Shown: piece by piece, positions 9,340 to 18,750 of the stretch | Position numbering within the stretch: position 1 is the first letter of the stretch | Layout: each line of letters begins with the position of its first letter | Assembly (NCBI GenBank): GCA_902791935.1 | Contig: CADAXQ010000001.1 | Location: 105,561 to 169,560 of the forward strand | DNA length: 64,000 bases | Source of the DNA: an uncultured Erysipelotrichaceae bacterium | GTDB taxonomy: Bacteria > Bacillota_I > Bacilli_A > RFN20 > CAG-826 | Direction of reading: 5' to 3' | Notes under the pieces: model-generated | Database searches by the model: none | Told to the model about the DNA's origin: nothing | The model's input: the letters and a program-made list of their open reading frames with translations, nothing else | Translations under genes and position numbers: made by a program

Positions 9340-10239
9340 ATGGAAAAAGCCCCGACGACGTATCGATTCGTTCCTGATGTTGCCACCTTGGAGAAGATGA
9401 AGGATTTTTATCGGCCGTTCCAAGGGGCAAACGCCAATCCCTATATCGAGATATTTGTGACGTCTCCCACTGTTTCAGTTTCGATTTATAAGCCAAACAA
9501 AAAAGGTGTGGTATCCGTGGTGTTTCAAGGAAAAGACGCCTTAAAAGAAGCGAAGATCTGGGATCCTAGTGCCAAAATAGAGGTCAAAAAAGAATCCGCG
9601 CCCATCAATCGTTATCCCCAAATCGGGAGCGATGAAGTCGGAACGGGCGATTTCTTTGGCCCAGTCGTTGTGGCTGCCGCCTATGTACGGAAAGAAGACT
9701 TGCCGTTATTGACCGAATTAGGGGTCACGGATTCCAAAAAAATGAGTGACGAGAAAATCTTAGAAGTCGGCAAAGTCTTGATCCATAAGCTCGATTATTC
9801 CGAATTAGCGCTTCCTAACGCGAAATACAACACGCTTTATCCGGCTTACAACATGAACGCGATAAAAGCAAAGATGCATAACCGTTGCTTATCGAATCTT
9901 GCCGCTCGCCATCCCGAGGCCTACCGTTATCAAGACCAGTTTGCCGAACCGCGTCTTTATTATTCCTATCTCAAAGACGAGCCAAACCCCTTACGTAACA
10001 TCGTGTTCCATGTGCGTGGCGAAATCCACTTCCCTTCCGTTGCCGCAGGAAGTGTCATTGCCCGTTACGCGTTTTTAAAGAAAATGGAAGCCATGAATGA
10101 AACTTATGGCATGGATTTTCCCTTGGGGGCCGGACAACCGGTTGACGACTTCTTACCGAAGTTCATCGCCAAATATGGAAAAGAAAAGCTCCGCGAAGTC
10201 GCGAAGCTAAACTGGGCAAACGGGAAGAAATTTAACTAG
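9340..10239 (+). CDS. rnhC: Ribonuclease HIII
   Basis: 299-aa ORF with an N-terminal DUF3378-like domain and an RNase HII/HIII core including the DEVGTGDFFGP motif. Confidence 0.88.
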   Translation: MEKAPTTYRFVPDVATLEKMKDFYRPFQGANANPYIEIFVTSPTVSVSIYKPNKKGVVSVVFQGKDALKEAKIWDPSAKIEVKKESAPINRYPQIGSDEVGTGDFFGPVVVAAAYVRKEDLPLLTELGVTDSKKMSDEKILEVGKVLIHKLDYSELALPNAKYNTLYPAYNMNAIKAKMHNRCLSNLAARHPEAYRYQDQFAEPRLYYSYLKDEPNPLRNIVFHVRGEIHFPSVAAGSVIARYAFLKKMEAMNETYGMDFPLGAGQPVDDFLPKFIAKYGKEKLREVAKLNWANGKKFN

Positions 10240-11149
10240 CAAGCGGATGTAACGAATCCAAGACATGTTGGAAATCTTCGGGAATCGGTGCTTCAAACTG
10301 CACCGGTTTTTTCGTTAAGGGGTGGATGAAGCTTAAGCGATACGCATGTAGCAATTGGCCTTTCGTATAAATCGCGCAATTCCCAACGCCATAAAGCGGG
10401 TCTCCGACCACAGGATGGCCAATCGCGTTTAAATGCACGCGGATTTGGTGGGTTCTACCCGTTAATAACCGGCAAGAAATCAAGGTATAACCCTCATGAT
10501 AACGGGTTATCACGTGAAAGAAGGTGATGGCTTCTTTGCCAGAATGAAGATTCACCGCGAACTTCACGGGACTTTTGGGATCCCGGCCAATCGGTGCATC
10601 GATTTTGCCATCGTTTTCTTCGATGATGCCTTTGACTAACGCGTAATATTCGCGGTGCATCGTATGATCTTGGAGTTGGTCTTTTAAGAAAGCTGCGGCT
10701 TCATCGGTTTTCGCGATGCATAAAAGCCCAGAAGTGTCTTTGTCAATCCGATGGATAATGCCAGGCCGTAACGGATCCCCATCATCGGCCAATTCTTTTT
10801 CGTGGTAGACCAAAGCGTTCGCCAACGTGCCGTCACGATGCCCATTCCCGGGATGAACCACCATGCCTGCCGGTTTATTCACGATTAAAAGGCAAGAATC
10901 CTCGTAAACGATATTTAACGGGATATCTTCTCCTTTGACGTCCCAAGTCTCGGCTTCATAGGGCTCATACGCGATGACGTCCCCTGGCGTTAAAAGAAGA
11001 TGGGGTTTTGCTTTCTTCCCGTTCCAAAGTACTTTCCCCTCATGAATCCACGATTGGACTTTGCTTCGGGAAGGGGCAATGCCTTGTTCTAGCAAAAAGA
11101 CATCGAGGCGTTTTCCTCTCGCTTCTTCTCCGACTTTGAGCTTTTCCAT
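10232..11149 (-). CDS. rluD: RluA/RluD-family 23S rRNA pseudouridine synthase
   Basis: S4 domain (GKRLDVFLLEQG) and the catalytic HRIDKDTSGLL motif. Start set at MEKLKVGEE (11149), just after the lspA stop. Confidence 0.9.
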   Translation of the reverse strand: MEKLKVGEEARGKRLDVFLLEQGIAPSRSKVQSWIHEGKVLWNGKKAKPHLLLTPGDVIAYEPYEAETWDVKGEDIPLNIVYEDSCLLIVNKPAGMVVHPGNGHRDGTLANALVYHEKELADDGDPLRPGIIHRIDKDTSGLLCIAKTDEAAAFLKDQLQDHTMHREYYALVKGIIEENDGKIDAPIGRDPKSPVKFAVNLHSGKEAITFFHVITRYHEGYTLISCRLLTGRTHQIRVHLNAIGHPVVGDPLYGVGNCAIYTKGQLLHAYRLSFIHPLTKKPVQFEAPIPEDFQHVLDSLHPLAS

Positions 11150-11153
11150 TCGC

Positions 11154-11891
11154 TTAACCCTTCCTTCTCGCGTCACGAATGGCCCGCACAATCGTTAAAA
11201 CGATTAACGTAGCAACCGCCACCACCAAAGCAGAATCCGCCACATTGAAGATGGCAAAACTGTCGTGGTTAAAGCCAAAGATATAGAACTGGAAGAAATC
11301 GACAACGCCAGAGAAACCGACCACCGGTTCCCAATAGAACGTGCGGTCAATCGCGTTTCCAATCGCCCCGGCGAACGCCAACATGACAATCGCGTTCATC
11401 CAGCGGTCATTCTTCGGAAGGCTCTTCCACCAATACCACACGAGTGCCGCACTCGCGGCCCACGAAATCACAATAAAGACATAACGCGCCCAAACGACAT
11501 TGTCACCCATGCCGAAAGACGAGCCCTTGTTATAGCTTAACGTGATATAAAAGAAATGCGGGATCACTTCTTTCGATAATGCCCCTGAAAGGTGGGGATT
11601 TTCATAGACGGGGTGCGCTTTAAAAGCATTTACCACGCCCCATTTGCTGGCCAAATCCATCGCGAACAAAACGATAGCAAGCCACGCAAAGCTAAAGAAG
11701 AACGATTTCCAAGTCCATACGAACTTTTCTTTCTTCTCTATAGGCTTTTTGATTAGCTCGGCTTGCTTTGACATATCCATCACCTCGCCTTTCAAAGAAG
11801 GTTCCGGTTGTTTGGCATCCGCAAAGTTTGTTTCAACCTTTTCGTCCTGATTTGGTTTTATTGCTCCGTTTTTCGGGGTTTCTTCGTTCAT
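11154..11891 (-). CDS. lspA: Lipoprotein signal peptidase (signal peptidase II) with a long N-terminal extension
   Basis: Core motifs NKGSSFG, IGNAIDR and FNVADS. Start chosen at MNEETPKNG, whose ATG (11889-11891) overlaps the ileS TGA as ATGA. A later start (MDMSKQ) is possible. Confidence 0.85.
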   Translation of the reverse strand: MNEETPKNGAIKPNQDEKVETNFADAKQPEPSLKGEVMDMSKQAELIKKPIEKKEKFVWTWKSFFFSFAWLAIVLFAMDLASKWGVVNAFKAHPVYENPHLSGALSKEVIPHFFYITLSYNKGSSFGMGDNVVWARYVFIVISWAASAALVWYWWKSLPKNDRWMNAIVMLAFAGAIGNAIDRTFYWEPVVGFSGVVDFFQFYIFGFNHDSFAIFNVADSALVVAVATLIVLTIVRAIRDARRKG

Positions 11892-14623
11892 TGTTTTTCC
11901 TCGATGGCGTCTTCGCATCTCGTGCAAAGCACTGCCCCATTCTCCCGTTTGACCGCGTCTTTCTTATGGAGACGGCAGCGTTCACATACTGGGTCGTCAT
12001 CCACTTCAATCGTAATGGATTTCTCCCCTAAGGTCACGTTGGCTTCACTGACGCCGAATAACCGTGCCCGTTCTGCGCCATCTAAATGGGCAAACAAGGC
12101 CACTAATTTTTCGTCGGGGGTATGAATCTCGGCCTTCGCATCGGTCGAAGATCCAATCTTGCCAGCCGCGCGCTCTTCTTCTAACGCTTTTAAGACGCCG
12201 TTCCGTAACGCCAAGAAGCTTTGATATTCCGCTAAGTCATCCGCGGAATACGCGTGGCTTTCTTGCACCATGCGCTCTAATTGCGGTGATGCCTTCTTCG
12301 CGCCGGGGAGATAAGAATACACCTCGTCCATCGTGAAGGAAAGAATTGGGTTCCAAAGCAAGCAAAGCTCGTAGGTTAACGTATAAAGCACGTATTGGAC
12401 GGCTTTCCGGCGTGGTGCATCCGCAGCTTCGCAATACAAAATGTCTTTGGCAAAGTCGAGATAGAACGAAGACAATTCGACCATGAAGTTCGTCAACATC
12501 ATGGAGACGCTTGAGAAAGCGTAGGAATCATAGGCTTTTAAGACTTTGTTCTTCGTGTCTTCCCATTCGGCTAAGACATAACGGTCGAGTGGCCAAAGTT
12601 CTGGGGCCGTCTCGGGTTGAAGGTAAGGTTTGCCTTCGCCATCTTGCAAGCTTCCGAGTAAGAAACGGAACGTATTCCGAATCTTCCGATAAGAATCGGC
12701 GATGGTTTTGATGATGCTTTCGGAGATACGGACATCCGCCACATAGTTCACGCTGGCGGCCCAAAGCCGTAATAAGTCGGCACCATATTGGTTGGCAACT
12801 TTGGAAGGATCAATGCCATTCCCGGCGGATTTCGACATCTTTTGCCAGTTTTCGTCCATGACCCAACCATGGGTTAAGGTCGCGCGGTATGGTGCTTGCC
12901 CTGTGGCTGCCACTGACAAAATAAGCGAGCTATTGAACCAGCCACGATATTGGTCGTTGCCTTCTAAATAAAGATCGGCTGGGAACTTTAAGCCACGTTC
13001 TTTTAAGACCCCCGCCCAAGACGAACCAGAATCGAACCAAACATCCATGATGTCAGTTTCTTTCTTATATTCGTCATGTGGTGAATGTGGGTTGTGGTAG
13101 CCTTCTGGCAATAGTTCTTGTGCCGTGTGGTTCCACCAGGCATTCGAGCCTTCTTTGCGAACGAGTTCGGCAATATGATGGAAAACAGCTTCTTCAAGAA
13201 TCGGCGTGCCATCTTCCGCATAAAGCACCGGGACAGGAACGCCCCAAGCCCGTTGTCTTGAAATGCACCAGTCACCACGGTCTTTGATCATGTTGACCAT
13301 CTTCTCTTCGCCCCAGGATGGGTTCCAATGCACTTGATGCACGGCTTCTAAGAGTTGTGGGCGAATCTTATCGATGGAGAAGAACCATTGCGGCGTGGCC
13401 CGGAAGATAATCGGCTTATGAGTCCGCCAGTCATGCGGATAAGAGTGCACGATATCGACTTCTTTTAATAACGAGCCATTTTCTTTTAGTAAATCGACGA
13501 CTTTATCGTTCGCGTCAGCATAGAATAACCCGTTGCACGGATCATTCTCTTCCAAATGGTAATAACCGCGGTCATCAATCGGGCAAGTCGGACGGATGCC
13601 ATACTTCGCGCAGACATTGAAGTCATCGACGCCGAAGTCGGGGGCGGTATGGACGCAACCCGTACCATCGCTATCGGTGACAAACGAAGCCATCAATATC
13701 GGGGAAGCGCGGTCATATAACGGATGTTTGACGGTGGCGTTCTCTAACGCTTGGCCAGGGAAGCTCTTTAATAATGCGCAACGTTCAAAACCAAGCTCGG
13801 CTTGTAATTTTTCAGCTAATGAAGCCAAGAAGACGAACTTGCCTTTCTCCGTCTCAAATAAACCATAGGTATAACCAGGATTTAAAGTAACGGCCCGGTT
13901 TCCAGGGATGGTCCAAGGCGTCGTTGTCCAGATGATGATCGAGGCGTCACTCGGAACCACGCCTTTGCCATCGATAAAGCGGAAGGCCACGTACATCGTT
14001 CTTGCTGGCACGTCGGCATATTCCACTTCGGCTTCGGCCAACGCGCTTTCGCTCGATGGGGACCAATAAACGGGTTTCAATCCTTTGTAAATCAAACCCT
14101 TCTTCACCATCTCGGCAAACACTTCGATTTGCTGCGCTTCATATTCTGGACGTAACGTTAAATACGGGTTTTGATAATCGCCTAAGACGCCAAGACGATG
14201 CACTTGGACTTTTTGATGCTCCACTTGCTTTAAGGCATAGTCACGACATAAATTCCGGAAATCAAGAATCGGGGTGGTTTTCCGGTTCACGCCGCTTTTG
14301 GTGACTTTGACTTCAATGGGAAGGCCATGGGTATCCCAACCAAAAATGAAAGGGGTCTTATAGCCTTGCATATTCTTATAACGAACGATGAAGTCCTTTA
14401 AAAGACGGTTCAACATATGGCCGCAATGGATGTCGCCATTCGCGTACGGCGGGCCATCATGTAACATGAACTCATTGACGTCAGGACGATCTTCATTCAT
14501 TTTGCCATAAAGATCCATCGCATCCCATTTTTCAAGAATCTTCGGCTCTTTTTGCGTTAAATTGCCGCGCATTTCAAACGCGGTGCGTGGCATCAATAGA
14601 CTCTTTTTGATTTCTTCTCCCAT
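11888..14623 (-). CDS. ileS: Isoleucine--tRNA ligase
   Basis: 911-aa ORF with the HIGH-type motif (PYANGDIHCGH), KMSKS, and C-terminal zinc-binding Cys pairs (CERC...CTRC). Confidence 0.97.
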   Translation of the reverse strand: MGEEIKKSLLMPRTAFEMRGNLTQKEPKILEKWDAMDLYGKMNEDRPDVNEFMLHDGPPYANGDIHCGHMLNRLLKDFIVRYKNMQGYKTPFIFGWDTHGLPIEVKVTKSGVNRKTTPILDFRNLCRDYALKQVEHQKVQVHRLGVLGDYQNPYLTLRPEYEAQQIEVFAEMVKKGLIYKGLKPVYWSPSSESALAEAEVEYADVPARTMYVAFRFIDGKGVVPSDASIIIWTTTPWTIPGNRAVTLNPGYTYGLFETEKGKFVFLASLAEKLQAELGFERCALLKSFPGQALENATVKHPLYDRASPILMASFVTDSDGTGCVHTAPDFGVDDFNVCAKYGIRPTCPIDDRGYYHLEENDPCNGLFYADANDKVVDLLKENGSLLKEVDIVHSYPHDWRTHKPIIFRATPQWFFSIDKIRPQLLEAVHQVHWNPSWGEEKMVNMIKDRGDWCISRQRAWGVPVPVLYAEDGTPILEEAVFHHIAELVRKEGSNAWWNHTAQELLPEGYHNPHSPHDEYKKETDIMDVWFDSGSSWAGVLKERGLKFPADLYLEGNDQYRGWFNSSLILSVAATGQAPYRATLTHGWVMDENWQKMSKSAGNGIDPSKVANQYGADLLRLWAASVNYVADVRISESIIKTIADSYRKIRNTFRFLLGSLQDGEGKPYLQPETAPELWPLDRYVLAEWEDTKNKVLKAYDSYAFSSVSMMLTNFMVELSSFYLDFAKDILYCEAADAPRRKAVQYVLYTLTYELCLLWNPILSFTMDEVYSYLPGAKKASPQLERMVQESHAYSADDLAEYQSFLALRNGVLKALEEERAAGKIGSSTDAKAEIHTPDEKLVALFAHLDGAERARLFGVSEANVTLGEKSITIEVDDDPVCERCRLHKKDAVKRENGAVLCTRCEDAIEEKQ

Positions 14624-14640
14624 CGGGAAACCTCCTCTCG

Positions 14641-14885
14641 GGCAAAAATAAAACGCCCCACTCTAAGGGCGCTAAACGCGTGGTACCACCTTAGTTCGGA
14701 CGTGACAAACATCCGCGCTTCCTTCGCCTGGTAACGTCAGGTGACGGCCCCTTACATCTCTTCAGAGGGCTGGCTCCTGTAGTGATGGATCGTTGGCGTG
14801 CCTCGTTCTCATCCAAGAGGCTCTCTGTGATTTGCCATTGACCGCTCTACGATCTTAGCCGAAACGATAATACGAGGTTTTCGCT
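14641..14885 (-). promoter_or_regulatory. T-box leader (Ile) with terminator/antiterminator
   Basis: The minus strand carries the T-box sequence AAGGTGGTACCACGCG (rc of 14677-14692). This is followed by a CGCCC...GGGCG hairpin and TTTTATTTTT. An AGAGAG box lies upstream. ATC triplets sit at 14784-14790 in the expected specifier region; the second is followed by A. Confidence 0.85.
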
Positions 14886-14895
14886 TTCGTTTCAA

Positions 14896-14921
14896 CGAAA
14901 AACGGCACCAAATGATGCCGT
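14896..14921 (-). terminator. Rho-independent terminator after ftsZ
   Basis: Minus strand: ACGGCA-loop-TGCCGT followed by TTTTTC. Confidence 0.6.
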
Positions 14922-14934
14922 TATCTTCGTTTTT

Positions 14935-16077
14935 TTACAAGTTTCCGTCGTTCCCGTCTTTCCCAAAGTCAGGACGGAGGATATCAGAAAGGTTGATGTC
15001 ATCGGCACGTGGGGCATCGCCGCCATTCGTGGCTTGTTCCATGGCTGGCGCAGATTGCGCAGGCATAATCGGCTTCGTTTGCGAGATTTGCGTTGGAGCT
15101 GCGATAAAGTCATCGCCGTTTTCAAAATCTGAAGCAATGACGCTCACGACTAAGTCATCCGTTAACGATTGGTTAATGGAGACACCAAGCTTCACATCAA
15201 CGGAACCACCGGCTTCTTCCACGATTTTTTGCACACAGCGCTGCGCTTCGTACATCGTGACGGCCGTACCACACGTAATGGAGCAAATCGCTCTTCTTGC
15301 CCCACGGATATTTGCTTCGAGTAACGGAGAGTTAATCGCATTTAAGGCGGCTTGTTCCGCTTTGTTTGGGCCTTTGCCTTGGCCGAAGCCAATTAAGGCA
15401 ACGCCCGAATCTTTTAATGTGCTACGGACATCGGCAAAATCCAAGTTGATTTGAGCAGGGATTAAGATTAAGTCCGCGACGGTCTTTACGGATTGGGCCA
15501 AGATACGGTCCGATTCTTGGAACGCTTTATCGACGGATACGCCGCCTGAATTCGTTAATAGTTTATCATTCGAAACAATGATGACGGAGTCGACGGCATC
15601 TTTGAGTTTTCTTAAACCTTGCACGGCGTTTTCCGTCCGTTTTGTGCCTTCAAAAGAGAAAGGACGAGTCACGATGGCTACCGTTAAAGCACCCGATTCT
15701 TTCGCGATTTTCGCGATGACCGGGGCAGCACCCGTGCCAGTGCCTTTTCCCATGCCAGCGGCAATAAAGACCATGTCTGCACCTTTAACGATCTCTTTGA
15801 TTTCGTCTTTCGATTCGAGCGCGGCTTTTTCGCCGACGGCCGGATCCGCACCAGCGCCAAGACCATGCGTCGTTTCACTGCCTAAACAAATCCGATGCGG
15901 AGCTTTGGAAGAGGCCAAAGCCTGTTTATCGGTGTTCATGACATAAAATTGCACGTTTTGAATATTTTCATCGATCATGCGGTTCACGGCGTTATTGCCA
16001 GCGCCGCCGACACCGATGACGACAATACGCGCTACGGGCTCAAATGAGTCCAAATCATTTTCGAAATCGTCGCTCAT
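14935..16077 (-). CDS. ftsZ: Cell division GTPase FtsZ
   Basis: Tubulin signature GGGTGTGAAPVIA and an NTD...GAGNNAV start. 380 aa. Confidence 0.97.
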   Translation of the reverse strand: MSDDFENDLDSFEPVARIVVIGVGGAGNNAVNRMIDENIQNVQFYVMNTDKQALASSKAPHRICLGSETTHGLGAGADPAVGEKAALESKDEIKEIVKGADMVFIAAGMGKGTGTGAAPVIAKIAKESGALTVAIVTRPFSFEGTKRTENAVQGLRKLKDAVDSVIIVSNDKLLTNSGGVSVDKAFQESDRILAQSVKTVADLILIPAQINLDFADVRSTLKDSGVALIGFGQGKGPNKAEQAALNAINSPLLEANIRGARRAICSITCGTAVTMYEAQRCVQKIVEEAGGSVDVKLGVSINQSLTDDLVVSVIASDFENGDDFIAAPTQISQTKPIMPAQSAPAMEQATNGGDAPRADDINLSDILRPDFGKDGNDGNL

Positions 16078-16079
16078 GG

Positions 16080-17306
16080 TTATCTTCCTCCTCTACCGGA
16101 CGCGGATTCGCGGGATAAGGTCGACACGCCACGGTAAATATCACTTTCTGAAGTTTTATGTTTTCCTTCGGCCACAATCATGCCAAGGACATTCGTTGCT
16201 TTCGGGGTTCTTGCGCCTAATACGGAAGGCAAAACGCCATATAAGGTCCGTTGTTGCAATACGGGGGCCAGTAAGGAACCAATACCCCGTAATTCCGCAC
16301 CACCCCCTGTAATTAAGATGGGGCAATCGCGGAACGCTGTTTCTTTGTTTGTCGCCACTTCTCCGATGGCGGGCACAAGATTCGGGTTATATTGTTGTTC
16401 GAAGTAATGCAAAATCGCCGCATTTAATTCTTTTTGACTGACTTTCTTCGATAACGGTGCACCATTCGGGCCAAGAAGCGACATCGTATAACGATGCTCG
16501 GCTAAATCATAGCCATACCGCTCTTTGAGCCAGTTGGCTTCCGTGAAAGGTAAGTCCAGTTCTTCAGCGATTTGGCGCGATAGATTCGCGCTCCCTTTCG
16601 CGAAGAAGCGGGAACGGATGACCGAATTCTGCCCGATGGCGGATAAGCTTGTGAACTCCGCTCCGAAATCGAGTAAGAAATACGTATCGGGGTAGCCATG
16701 CATCGTGGCAAGAAGCTCCGAAGCGCAATACGGCGCCACAGCAGTCCGATAAACCCGGAATCCTGCGCTTTCCACTACGGCACGGAATGTCGCTAACGTC
16801 TCTTTCGGCAACGTATGTAACTTCGCGGTAATCGTGAGTTGCGTTCCTTTTTGGCCAAGCGGCGGATAAGCATATTTCGCATTGCCCGCCACAAAGAAGT
16901 CAGGAACGATATCGACGATCGTACTTTCGGTTTCGGGTAACTTTTCTTGGCGAATCAAGGAAAGGCAATTCGTCACATCGACGGAACCGACGGTGTCGCC
17001 ACCGACTAATGTCGTCGCTTTTTGCACTTGATAAATCAAAAAGCCTCGGGGTGGCAAAACCACACATAAATTCTGCGGCGTGATATGAAGCCCCGTGCTT
17101 TCGTCTTGAATATCATGGAAGCTTTGTAACGCCGTGACTAAGGCATCTTGATCTAAGATGGCCCAATTACTCACCACACCTGGCGCTAATGGAACTTCGC
17201 GGTAGCAAATGAGGCAAGGCGTTCCATCCTTCGATAAAAAGCCTACGGCCAAGCGAAGGCAGGAATTGGTAATTTCAAGTGCGCTGATGTAATTCGGGTT
17301 TTCCAT
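16080..17306 (-). CDS. ftsA: Cell division protein FtsA (actin-like ATPase)
   Basis: 408 aa, immediately upstream of ftsZ. Actin-fold motifs are present (LEITNSCLRLAVG, LDFGAEFTSLS, ILITGGGAELRG). Confidence 0.88.
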   Translation of the reverse strand: MENPNYISALEITNSCLRLAVGFLSKDGTPCLICYREVPLAPGVVSNWAILDQDALVTALQSFHDIQDESTGLHITPQNLCVVLPPRGFLIYQVQKATTLVGGDTVGSVDVTNCLSLIRQEKLPETESTIVDIVPDFFVAGNAKYAYPPLGQKGTQLTITAKLHTLPKETLATFRAVVESAGFRVYRTAVAPYCASELLATMHGYPDTYFLLDFGAEFTSLSAIGQNSVIRSRFFAKGSANLSRQIAEELDLPFTEANWLKERYGYDLAEHRYTMSLLGPNGAPLSKKVSQKELNAAILHYFEQQYNPNLVPAIGEVATNKETAFRDCPILITGGGAELRGIGSLLAPVLQQRTLYGVLPSVLGARTPKATNVLGMIVAEGKHKTSESDIYRGVSTLSRESASGRGGR

Positions 17307-17316
17307 AACTTGTATT

Positions 17317-17330
17317 CTATTCTAGAATAG
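17317..17330. repeat. Perfect 14-bp palindrome CTATTCTAGAATAG, 11 nt upstream of the ftsA ATG
   Basis: Read directly from the sequence; the reverse complement is identical. No Shine-Dalgarno lies between it and the start codon. Confidence 0.9.
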
Positions 17331-17504
17331 ACAGGTTTATTTGACAAGAAAATTAGAAGTTTGTTAGAGGTGTTTTAGTAGTTTTTTAGGAATTATAAAA
17401 CCAAGGATAAAATCACAGTAAAGTATCGATAGAATCAAAGGTTTTAACATTCTTTTACAAAGGGAATAGGCAAGAAAGATACGAAGAAAATCTTTTTAGA
17501 AATA

Positions 17505-17534
17505 ACAAGAAAAGCCCTAAGGTTTTTAGGGCTT
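17505..17534 (-). terminator. Rho-independent terminator after the small membrane ORF
   Basis: Minus strand: AAGCCCTAA-AAACC-TTAGGGCTT followed by TTCTTGTT. Confidence 0.6.
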
Positions 17535-17543
17535 TGACGGGGC

Positions 17544-17777
17544 TTAGGCTAAGACGATGTCTTCATCAAGGGAAGAACTCGTCTCTTCTTCGGAAGATAC
17601 AACACTGCTACTTTCCGTGTTTTCTTCGGCTTTGGCGGTCTCCGCAATCTTGTAGGATACCCCGACCGGAATGGCCGCAAGGAGGAATGTCGCAAGCGTA
17701 ATCAAAGTGGCTTTTGTGGCAAAGCGTAACCGGTAATAAGCCTTGGTTTTACCCGTTTTTTCGAGCTTGTCTTTCAT
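17544..17777 (-). CDS. Small single-pass membrane protein in the FtsL position of the dcw cluster
   Basis: 77 aa with a basic N-terminus, one TM (ATLITLATFLLAAIPVGVSY) and an acidic Ser-rich tail. It lies between rsmH and ftsA. Confidence 0.55.
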   Translation of the reverse strand: MKDKLEKTGKTKAYYRLRFATKATLITLATFLLAAIPVGVSYKIAETAKAEENTESSSVVSSEEETSSSLDEDIVLA

Positions 17778-17815
17778 GGGCGTCCTCCTTTCTTTGCTAT
17801 CGCAATAGTTTCCCT

Positions 17816-18748
17816 TTACTTCTTTTGAATGGCGCGTAATTTCGCGCTTTTGGAACGATGGTTTTCAGCCAGCTCTTCTTCGCTTGCTGTGATAGGCTTC
17901 CGCGTTAAGGCGACATAAGGTGCCTCGGGCAATTCGCTAGGCAAGAGATCTGGTCCTTCGCGACTTCCTTCCACGACTGTCAAGGAACGGAATTTGTCTT
18001 TCACCATTCGGTCCTCCAAACTTTGGAAGGTCAAAATGGCAATCCGTCCACCCGGTTTTAAGATGGAATCGAAGGAATCTAGCATGATTCTTAAGTTATC
18101 CATCTCTTGGTTCACTTCAATCCGTAACGCCTGGAAGATTTGTTTGGCTGGATGGCCTTTCTTCTTAAGTTCCCTTGCTGGTTTCACACGTTTAATGAGC
18201 GCAACCAGCTCTCCGGTCGTATGAATGGGGCTTGTTTCTCTTTGCTTCACAATCGCTGCCGCAATGGCTTTCGCATACGGATCTTCGCCATAACGTTCGA
18301 AGATATCACGTAATTGTTCGTACGAATATCCGTTCACGATGGAATCGGCACTCACAGGGCTTTCTTGATTCATCCGCATATCGAGCGGAGCGTCTTCGCG
18401 GTAAGAGAAACCGCGTTCTGCTTCGTCAAATTGGGGAGAAGAGACCCCTAAATCAGCCGTAATGCCATCGACTTCATGAACTCCAATTTCTTGTAAACGA
18501 GGCACGAAATCGCGGAAATTCGAATGGATGATGGTGAAATTGTTTCCGACTTTAGCAAGTCGTTCTTGGCTCTCCTCAATGGCTTCTTCATCTAGATCGA
18601 AGCTATAAAGATGGCCAAAGGGGATGTGAGAGAGGATGGCGCTTGAAGTACCGCCTCTTCCTAAGGTCAAATCGACGTAGACGCCATCTTTCTTTAGATC
18701 TAACAAAGCGATGGTTTCGGGTAGCATGACGCTGTAATGAAAGCCCAT
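17816..18748 (-). CDS. rsmH: 16S rRNA (cytosine1402-N4)-methyltransferase
   Basis: 310 aa with conserved H(Y)SVML start, DLTLGRGG, DLGVSSPQFD and FQSLEDR motifs. Confidence 0.95.
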   Translation of the reverse strand: MGFHYSVMLPETIALLDLKKDGVYVDLTLGRGGTSSAILSHIPFGHLYSFDLDEEAIEESQERLAKVGNNFTIIHSNFRDFVPRLQEIGVHEVDGITADLGVSSPQFDEAERGFSYREDAPLDMRMNQESPVSADSIVNGYSYEQLRDIFERYGEDPYAKAIAAAIVKQRETSPIHTTGELVALIKRVKPARELKKKGHPAKQIFQALRIEVNQEMDNLRIMLDSFDSILKPGGRIAILTFQSLEDRMVKDKFRSLTVVEGSREGPDLLPSELPEAPYVALTRKPITASEEELAENHRSKSAKLRAIQKK

Positions 18749-18750
18749 AA

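Noticed and set aside
9268-9423. N-terminal extensions of track ORFs: mutS2 9268-9423, rluD 11150-11191, lspA 11892-11927, pheS 23280-23345, ABC ATPase 29664-29738, dUTPase 32722-32913, nrnA 38419-38448, PadR 40886-40918, xth 47032-47115, pyk 57457-57516, ogt-like 61706-61759
   Set aside because: The extensions overlap neighbouring genes, promoters or T-box terminators and are not part of the conserved protein N-termini. Internal ATGs with SD or -10 signals fit better.
14912-15454. 180-aa plus-strand ORF antisense to ftsZ, and similar long antisense ORFs at 15578-15946, 29265-29843, 30611-31060 and 41709-42281
   Set aside because: Each lies entirely inside a well-supported gene on the other strand. 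They have Ala/Ser/Pro/Arg-biased composition typical of antisense frames and lack start signals.
17331-17504. Possible small RNA in the 236-bp spacer upstream of ftsA
   Set aside because: I found only a TATAAT-like box on the minus strand (about 17395-17400) and no independent terminator or conserved structure. An ftsAZ promoter and 5' UTR explains it more simply.
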